Part shown: piece by piece, positions 7,030 through 15,900 of the stretch
Numbering within the stretch: position 1 is the stretch's first letter
Layout of the letters: every line of letters begins with the position of its first letter
Virus record (IMG/VR): IMGVR_UViG_3300026123_000026
Coordinates: 1-26,204 of that record
Length of the DNA: 26,204 nucleotides
Origin: a virus
Lineage: Duplodnaviria; Caudoviricetes
Reading direction: 5' to 3' (one strand)
Translations under genes and position numbers: made by a program
The notes under the pieces: generated by a model
The model's database searches: none
What the model saw: only the letters and a program-made list of their open reading frames with translations
Told to the model about the DNA's origin: nothing

Positions 7030-8810
7030 TACAGTCCAAATCTCCCTCTGTGTGCTTCAAAGTTTCGTTGTGCGCCAATTTCACGTAGTGCTGATCCTTT
7101 ATAAAATCTACATATTGCAATATCGCCATCAAAATAGCTGTTTCCGCCATCTTTGTCGTTGTATCCAATATTAACTACATCCATACCATTAGAGTAGTTC
7201 ATGTTAGTTACGCTTCCGTATGTAGCACGTAAAACACCGTTAACATATATTCTTGGAAGACGATCTTTGTCGAAGCCACATACTACATGTGCCCATTCGT
7301 CAGCTGTTGCTGTTACTCCACTGTCTAAGAATCTATAACTAGAGTTATCATACCAGTTGAATGCCCATTTTCCGTTCCATATAAATATTCCACCGTTACA
7401 ATAGTAACTACATCCTGAACTAACCTTATGTCCGAATATTCCGGCAGTAGTTTGTGCTGTTCTAGGTTTTGCCCACACTTCCCATGCTCTACGTGTTACG
7501 TTGTCATCAACATCAAGTGCTGCCGGCCATCCTTGTGAAACATAAGTGCTTGTGCTAAACTTTATTGCTCCGCCATTTGCAGTTGAGTATATATCAAGAC
7601 CAGTTCCGTCAAGTGTTATGTCTACATTATTATATCTATCTAACCAAGTTCTAGGTGCTTTACCATAGTTATAACTTCCTGGGTCAGCAGCATCTAATTC
7701 AAATACTAATCCTTCATTAAGTGTGAGAATTCTAGTACTATTATTCTCTCGAAGAATATCAGGACGTCCTGAAGCCGCAGATGGATCTATATATCTAACA
7801 ACAACTATGCCTCTGCCGCCAATTTTAGATCTTCTTCCATCGCCTTGGTCGCTAGTTCCGCCGCCACCTCCGCCACCGGAGTTGTCTGCTCCTGGATATG
7901 CATCAGATCTACCACTGAACGACCCAGTACCGCCACCGCCTAAGCCGCCGCTTCTTATACTATTATAGCCGTATCCTGAGCCGCCGCCGGCGTACCAAAC
8001 AGGATATCCTGTAATAGTACTCATTCTACCACGACCGCCTGCGCCGGCATTACCGTCACCATGTCTACCAGTACCTGGTGCGCCTGCACCGCCACCGCCT
8101 GCACCTAAGTAGTTTCGATAATTATTTGAGCCGCCGTCAAAGCCTTGTCCAGGTGTTCCTTGTCCGCCTTGCGTAATACCGTCGGTATTACCATCGGTAG
8201 TTGCGTATGCACCTGCGGCGCCGCCGCCTGAGCCTATTACACCGTTACCACTATTATAGTAAGGCGCATCACGTCGGTGACCTGCGCCGCCACCACCACC
8301 AAATGCTGTTAAATCAAACGCTACCGTGTCGCCACCTTTGCCGCCTGATCCGCCACTACTACCGGCGCCACCGCCACCTACTTGAATAGTATACGTCCTA
8401 GACTTTACTTGAGTAGTTCCAATTAACATGCCGCCAGCGCCGCCTCCTGGACCATCATCGTAAATACTACCTTCGCCGCCGCCACCGCCGCCGCCGATTA
8501 ACATGTATTCTACAACTCCGCCATACAACACTTCAAATGATCCAGTTCCTGTCCAGGTATGCACTGTATAAGGTATATCGTTATCTGATGTTTGTGCAGT
8601 ATATGTAGGGAAGGTAGTTCCTGTAGCTGTACCTTGTACATATCTATCAATTGCATACCACGAACCATTAAGATAATATTCTACTTTTCTAGTGTCAGTA
8701 TTAAACCGTGTTTCACCGTCAGTAGGATTGGTCGGTCGTTGGGCAGTAGTACCAGACGGCAATTTTAACGACTCGGTTCCTTTTATTGTTGTATTTTTAA
8801 GCGTTGCCAT
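7029..8810 (-). CDS. Glycine-rich adhesin with C-terminal concanavalin A/LamG-like domain
   Basis: Shared N-terminal module; Gly-rich domain ending GGRGIVVVRY; then GLVFELDAADPGSY...WEVWAKP...EWAHVV...IYVNGV...IGY...YFDGDIAICRFY...QRNFEAHRGRFGL, a typical phage LamG/ConA tail. Confidence 0.85.
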   Translation of the reverse strand: MATLKNTTIKGTESLKLPSGTTAQRPTNPTDGETRFNTDTRKVEYYLNGSWYAIDRYVQGTATGTTFPTYTAQTSDNDIPYTVHTWTGTGSFEVLYGGVVEYMLIGGGGGGGEGSIYDDGPGGGAGGMLIGTTQVKSRTYTIQVGGGGAGSSGGSGGKGGDTVAFDLTAFGGGGGAGHRRDAPYYNSGNGVIGSGGGAAGAYATTDGNTDGITQGGQGTPGQGFDGGSNNYRNYLGAGGGGAGAPGTGRHGDGNAGAGGRGRMSTITGYPVWYAGGGSGYGYNSIRSGGLGGGGTGSFSGRSDAYPGADNSGGGGGGGTSDQGDGRRSKIGGRGIVVVRYIDPSAASGRPDILRENNSTRILTLNEGLVFELDAADPGSYNYGKAPRTWLDRYNNVDITLDGTGLDIYSTANGGAIKFSTSTYVSQGWPAALDVDDNVTRRAWEVWAKPRTAQTTAGIFGHKVSSGCSYYCNGGIFIWNGKWAFNWYDNSSYRFLDSGVTATADEWAHVVCGFDKDRLPRIYVNGVLRATYGSVTNMNYSNGMDVVNIGYNDKDGGNSYFDGDIAICRFYKGSALREIGAQRNFEAHRGRFGL

Positions 8811-8813
8811 TCG

Positions 8814-9608
8814 TTACTTTCCTGTTAGGTTATCAATTTGTTTTGATAATTCTTTTACAGCTTCTACTAAGTAAGCAGTTATTCGAGTATAATTAATTGC
8901 AGCATACTCACCTTCTCTACTTACTAGTTCAGGAGCAATTTTTTCAACTTCTTCAGCAATTAGTCCTGCTTCATATCCGCCAGTAGCTTTCCTGGTATAA
9001 TTAACACCTTCAAACATTAATACTTTACTTAATGCATCATTAATAGTAGTAATGTTTTCTTTTAATATAGCACTTGATGTTTCGTTAATAGTACCTGCAT
9101 TTAATGTGCCAGTTATAGTCGACGAACCTGCATTTACTGTTGATGTAGTAAGCGTACCAGTACTAGGTTGGAAGGTTAGCTTTCCGCTACTAGTATTTAA
9201 TCCAGTTACATTACCAGAAGACGCAGTAGTAATTGTGACATTATAAGTCGACGAATCGGCTTGCTGATCTGCTATTTCAAAATTAGTGTCAGTCCAGCTT
9301 AAATTACCGCTGCCGTCTGTTTGTAATATATGTCCATTTGTTGGACCAGTGCTCGGTAGAGTGTAAACGTAGTTACTGTTTAACGTAGCCGGTGCCTTTA
9401 AAGAAACATAGTTAGTTGAATCAGCGTCGGCAAATTTTATTTCACCGGCGCTGTTCATTTGTAAATGAGATGTAGCTTTAATTTCTCCGTTACCGTTTGG
9501 ATCTAAGACAATGTCAGAATCTGGTTCTAGTGTCTTTAAATTATTGTCAGTGGCACTAAAAGTACCTAAAATAGGACCACCTTGTATGCCTGATGTAATT
9601 CTGCGCAT
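8814..9608 (-). CDS. Short tail fibre protein with C-terminal Peptidase_S74 intramolecular chaperone
   Basis: TSSAILKENITTINDALSKV...GVNY...AGLIAEEVEKIAPELV...AINYTRITAYLVEAVKELSKQIDNL (S74 motif plus coiled coil); YTLP...GHILQTDGSGNLSW fibre motif. Confidence 0.85.
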   Translation of the reverse strand: MRRITSGIQGGPILGTFSATDNNLKTLEPDSDIVLDPNGNGEIKATSHLQMNSAGEIKFADADSTNYVSLKAPATLNSNYVYTLPSTGPTNGHILQTDGSGNLSWTDTNFEIADQQADSSTYNVTITTASSGNVTGLNTSSGKLTFQPSTGTLTTSTVNAGSSTITGTLNAGTINETSSAILKENITTINDALSKVLMFEGVNYTRKATGGYEAGLIAEEVEKIAPELVSREGEYAAINYTRITAYLVEAVKELSKQIDNLTGK

Positions 9609-9626
9609 AATTAAATTCCTTTAACC

Positions 9627-9947
9627 TTAAACTGTTGATGTTTCAATGCCGTAGACCATTGCTGTAACTTCTGTACTGTTAGCGTATACTACTACGTTTG
9701 TTCCAGCACCGATTACAATGCCTCCTCTTTCAATAGCACCGTTAGCAGTTATTTCTACATCGTATTCGACATATTCTTCTGCAAGCGGTGTAGCAGCATC
9801 AGCTAAAGCTATCCTAACAGATCTTGCCTGTGTGCTTCTGTTTACAACATTAACTGTTACAACAGAAAATGTATCAGCAGGAACTGTGTACAAAGTAGTG
9901 TCAGTTGTTGCTAGTAATGCTGCTTTTCCTAATATTCCATTAGCCAT
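9627..9947 (-). CDS. Small beta-rich virion protein (paralogue of 24222..24551)
   Basis: TLYTVPADT...VNVVNRS...YDVEITANG...IVIGAG...YGIE; AGGGGA RBS upstream. Confidence 0.75.
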   Translation of the reverse strand: MANGILGKAALLATTDTTLYTVPADTFSVVTVNVVNRSTQARSVRIALADAATPLAEEYVEYDVEITANGAIERGGIVIGAGTNVVVYANSTEVTAMVYGIETSTV

Positions 9948-9959
9948 TTATGTTTCCCC

Positions 9960-12900
9960 TTATCTTAAGAAATAGTTGTATGCAAGCGGTAATCCTAATA
10001 CAGTTCCTTCGAACACCACGTTTGCTTTAATAGTTATCGGTTCTCCGCTAACAGTAGTTATCTGATTGCCGCCGATGAAGATGTCACCTGCGGTTACACT
10101 GTTAACGTTAAGTGACGCACCACCGCCACCAATTTGTGCTTCAATATAAGCCTTTACTGCTCGCTGTGTCGGAACAACACTGTCACTGTTTGCAGTAAAG
10201 AACGGGTCTGTACTAAACTCTGAAATACTTGCTGAGTTACCGCCTAGTGTAACTTCACCTAGTGTAAGTTCTTGTAGACCTGCAATATTAAATGCTTCTG
10301 CATCAAGTGTTGCAACACCAGTTGCTTGTTCAATACTAAACAAGTCACCAACTCTAAAGTTACCGTCTTGGTCAGTAGCAGTAAAGAACACTCGTCCGCC
10401 GTCTGCACCGTATGTTTCATTTGCTTGGTTTGGTGCATTTACTGGCTCTCCATATACGTCATTTGGATAATTAGTATCGTCAAAGTTGCCAGTGCCGATA
10501 TCTAAGAAGTCATGACCTGTTAGACGTACTTGAGAGAATCTAATACGCATTGTTACATCATCACCGTCAGGTAGAACGTCTTCTAACGGCATTGACGGAG
10601 ATATCTGTAAGAATGCAGTGTACGATCCGTCATTTTGTCCGATGAAACTAACAGTATTAACTAGCTTAAAGAATCTTCCTGGCAAGTTACCAAACTCAAT
10701 GTTTGAACCACTTACCGGTCTTTCACTTAATCTACGTACAGCTATAAAGCTACCGTCTTGTAAGAAGTTTGCTTCACCGTTTGATTCATTAGCATTTATT
10801 TCTGCTGTTGCTGAAATAAATCCATCGCCTCGACTTACAAATGTTGGATTTGCTAACGCACCTTTACCTACTCTTGTTTGTAGTACAACATCGTCAATGT
10901 TGTTCGGGTCAGTTACTGCTATTGCAGGTTCTGCACTTATATCGTATATAACTTCGTCAATGCCAGCACCGCTATTAGGAGCAAAGTCAACAATATTAGT
11001 TAATGTAACAGTTACTCTCAATCCATTTGACGTAATAGATACAACATCACCTGTACCATAGCCGCCGCCTGCAACAAGATATTGAACATTCGTTCCAACT
11101 GCTAACGAAGTTATTTCTTCAACTAGTGATGGATCAGTAAAATCTAAAACAAATGATGTTGCAGTAGCAGTACCAACTTCTGTATAGTTAGTGCCTGCTT
11201 CAAGTTTTCTTTCACCTGCAACATAACCGCTTCCTGGCTCTAGCATTCTAATAGCAAATATTTGCTCGTTTGCAACACTTGCACGAGCTTTAGCTCTTGC
11301 ACCAATTCTTAACTCAGCAATTTCGGTACTTGCGCCGTTGCTTGTAATTATAAATTTACCTACTCTGTTTGGATTACCGAACGCAATCGATTTTGTTCCT
11401 GAGCCAGTAAATCCTCCAAAACTAATATCGTTTGACCAATTAATACCATCTTCAGAGTATATCGGAGCTGTGCCAGCAGCATTTGAAGATACAACAAATA
11501 CACCTTGTCCGTATGCAATTCGAGCATAAGATGTAATTCCTGGTAAATCGCTTTGAACCCAAGTTTTTCCGTCTAAGCTATACGCTGCTACACCAGTTTC
11601 GGCTATTGCAACAAATCTGCCATTACCAAATTGGATGTCAACCCAACTACTATTTGGTAAGCCAACACCGCCGGACCAAATAATACCATCTTCCGAATAC
11701 ATAGTATCGTTTGTATTTGCTCTTAATGCAACAAACAATCCTTTACCGTAAGTTAATGCAGTATAGTTAGTACCAGTTAATGGACTTGCAACACTTTGCC
11801 AACTTTGGCCGCCGTTGTCGGAGTAAACAACGTCACTGTCATTTGCACTAATAGCAACAAATCTACCTGTATTTACAGTAATTTGTCCGAACGCAATTGC
11901 TGTTGCTCCAGCAGTTGCAAATGTACCTGGGAGTGCAACACTTGTCCAGTTGATACCGTCTTGCGAGTAAGCTGCTGGGCCGCCTTGCGATACTGCAACT
12001 ACAGCACTCTGTTTAAATGTACTAGATCCGTCGTCAACAAGTCCAGAAGCAAGATTTGACCATACATTTGTTGCTCCGGCATCAGGTAGACTATTATCTA
12101 CCCAAGTGTTACCGTCTACACTGTATGCTCCTCCAGTATTACTATTTTCAAGTGCAACAAATACACCTTTTTGACCAATACCGTTAAAGTCAAAGTCAAC
12201 TACTGATCCGTTAACAGGATTAATCGATGTTAATGTTACTGTAATATCGTTTAAAGGAGTTGCACCGCCGACACTAGTGCCAAGAATAGTTACAGTATCA
12301 AGTCTTGAATAACCAGAGCCTGCTGCATTAAGCGTTAAGTAGTACTTACTTCCGTTTCTTGTAACATCAAAAGTAACATTTCTACCATCTGATTCTGTTA
12401 ATGTAGCAACATTAGTATATTGTGCAGATGTTTCAACGTAGTGTATTGCACTATAATCGCCTGATGGAATACTATTAGATGTTACACTAGTACGAATCGG
12501 TGGTGCAATAGAAATTGCAGGTTCTATCTCATACGTTGAAGTTGAGTTAGGATTAACAATAGGTGTTCCAGGAACCATGTGATCCCAACCAGCAGTTCTG
12601 TCACTTTCTTTAACAACTGTTGCAACTTTAGTACCTGCATTGTAAGTATCAACAATTGCATATTGGCCAATACCTGCGCCACCAGTAATTAGTATTTTCA
12701 TGCCAGGGTATGCACTGCTTAGGTTACCGTCTGTTGCTGCAAGAGTAATACTTGATGCATCACCAGCTTGCGCAGTGTTAGATACAATTACATAACCTTT
12801 ACCGCCTGTTTGAATGTTTTCGTCGCCTGAATCAAGAACTCTAGCTTGGAAAACGCTGTCATCACGGAATTCGTCTGTAACAATTTCTTCATTGTCGCCT

Positions 12901-15900
12901 GGTCCAAATATTTCAATCAATGCTTCTGTGTAGTTGTTACCAGCATGATTAAATTCTAGATTTAATAACTGATCGTTGTTTGTATTAACTAGTCCTATAG
13001 TAGCATTATATTGTGTACTGTTATCAACTATTGCTGTTACTGGAGTTTCGTCTGGGTCAACACCTTCTGCTACAGAACCATATGTTCCGTATGAGTTGTT
13101 ACCGTTTGTAGCACGAATGCGTCCGCCGGTTTCAGCTAAGTAGCCAATATACGAGTAATATGTGAATACAGATACAAGTTCTGCTCTACCATTGTTAAGA
13201 ATATGTGCGCCAATACCGTCACTAATAACCTGTGTAAAGTCGTTTGATACAATCGAATCGTTACCGCCGTTGTGTAGAGCACCGTCAATTCTTTGACCAG
13301 TAGCAGCATATCCAAATGTAGTTAAGTTTTGTACATATGGTGAACGTGCAGTGATCCAAACACGCTGATCATCTGGTCCCCAACCTGGATCAAGTGACGC
13401 ATACGCACCTGCTGTAACACGACTTGTTCCAAATTCGTTTTCTGCTGTTAAGTCACCCTGTAGTCCTTCTACAGTTTGTAGACGCAACCCTGTACCGTTA
13501 CGTAAGTAGTACATGTCTTCTTCTTGTGATCCGATTACACTGTTAACATAGTAACGTGCTGCTAATCTAGTTTTGTAGCAACCTGGTCTGTACAGTGTAA
13601 CACCATCAGTATATTCGCGCTTCCATTCTTGCGGCCATACTAGATCCCATTTTATTGCATCAATGTATGTTCTAATGTCTCGAGCACAAATATCTTCGTT
13701 ATATTCGTATGTTGTTTCAACAAAGAACTCTTCTTCATGTACAGTAAGCACAGGAGGAAATCCTCCAGGTGTTAAACTACAAGTAAAGCTAGTCGGTCCT
13801 GTAATTTCAGTTACATAATACACGTTTTCAATATCTAAACCTGCGTTTGCTACTGCATTAGTAGAATCTTCTGGATTTACAAATCTAATTGGCATGTTTA
13901 TTTCTAACCAACTAGTATCTGTGATATTAATAATGTTTGCAGAACTATCTTCAGTTCTAACAACAGTGTCTCTGAACTTGTTGTTTACATGCGATGTTAA
14001 TTCTTTTACAATAAACTCTTTGTTTAATTCGAGTTGTCTAACAGCGTTGTAAACTTCTTCATCATCAACTTGATTATTGCCGCCTTCTGCAGATCCTGCA
14101 AAGATTGTATCGTCAATCCATTCCCAGGTATTGTTTAATCCTGCAATTGCCGTAGAATCGGTAATAATATTATTGTTTAGAATATACTGTCTTGCAAATT
14201 CATTAGCAGCAATAGTTGCTGTTTTTTGATCGCCAACAACTTTTGAGCTAGGTTGTCTTAAATAGCTATAAGCTGCTTGCATACTTGCAAAGTTAGATCC
14301 GAGCATCCAATCGTAACGTGCTGCATCAATAATTAACCCTAAGTCTCTTGAACATTTTGCATGATTGTAGTTAAAGTCATTGTAAGTATCAGTAATATAC
14401 TGAATTGTATCAAGTATAACTTGTGGTCTTGCAGTGTCAATGTCTGATTTTGCAGTTTGGAATTCTGCATCTGCCCATGTAACACTCGGGAACGTTCTTG
14501 CTGCTTGTACTGCTGCAAGAGTAGTTGTACCATCAATTACATCACTAATTAATTCTACATTAGCTTGTACTTCTGCTGCTTCTGTAGCACTTGCAGGAGA
14601 TCCTAATGTAGTTTGTAATTCAGTATTTCCTGGTTGAGCAGTTACACTAGACTCTTGTACAATTTGAGCCATAATTGATGCTAAGTGGTTGTAGGCCGCT
14701 GCTGTTTCAACAGTTTGGCCTTCTACTTGAATTGTTCCATTGACAAAGTAGGATTCTGCAATTCTAGTAGTTGCCATTGTGCCACCGTATAGAATATCAT
14801 AACTCTGTGCGTTTACAATATATTCAACATCTCTTGCACATTTTGCACTATCGTATGTTAATCCGCCGTAGTTTTGTGTAATGTAAGCAATAACATCAGC
14901 TTTCATAAACTCTATGTTTGCTTGCAAGTTATTTTTAGCATCTAGTCTATTTTGATCAACGCCTGCAGGTGTTGGAAGTACTAGTGCATCTACAACTCCG
15001 TCTCCTGGCATTGCTTCGCCGAGTGTTCCGTCGTTGATAATATTAACAATTTCATCAAATCCGGCTCTTAATCTGTCATTTGAATTTCCGTCACCTAATT
15101 CTACTGATAATAAATCTCTTGCACGGCGAATAGCACCAACTGTTTCAACACGTTGAACTTCTAAGTTGTACGCATTGTTAGGACGCTGATAAGCAATACC
15201 GTTAAATGTAGCATTGTAGTTAGTCCCTAATGCAACGTCAAACGCCAAATCAGTAATAATATTAGTTAAGTCTCTACGACACTTAGCACTGTTATACTTA
15301 AAGCTACCGAAGTTAGCATTAATAAAGTCAATAGTTAGTTCTTGTACTGTTGACTTAATATTATCAATATTTGTACTTTCTGTTACTAAAGTTGAAGATA
15401 CTCCAGCAGTAGTCGGGAATACTGTTGCAGGTGCATTATCTGGTCCTTGATCAATAATAGTATCAATAGCATCAAATAGATCGTCAATAGTGTTAGATAC
15501 TGTTATTGATGCTCCTTCAAACCCAGTGTATTGCGATACAGTAGTTTGGTATGTTGGAGTGACTACAATGTTACGTGCAACTGTTTGCATTAATTCGCGC
15601 AGTCTAGTATATGCTGCAAGAGTTGCTGCTTTTTCAGATGCTGCAATTTGTAGAACTCCATTAGTTCCATTAAAGTATGCTAGTCCGGCATTAATACTTT
15701 GCCAGTTTCCGCCGTATATTAAATCATAAACAACCGAATCAATAATAAATCCTACATCTTGTCTACATTTAGTTTTTGAATACTTTATAGTCGGATACTG
15801 ATCTGCAATGAATGCAATAATCTCTTCTTTGATAAAGTCTTTGTTTAAAAGATTTAAATCACGTGCTACTCCATACTCTCGTCTAGAGCCCATTTCATGG

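Noticed and set aside
6047-8389. Pro-rich or Arg/His-rich short ORFs on the + strand (6047..6232, 7723..7968, 8201..8389)
   Set aside because: Antisense shadows of the glycine codons; no RBS or family motif.
5990-8520. GC-rich island with ccgccg/ccacca runs, suggesting horizontal transfer, a microsatellite or a PE-PGRS gene
   Set aside because: Fully explained by GGC/GGT glycine codons of the two Gly-rich domains; flanking parts of the same ORFs have the normal AT-rich composition.
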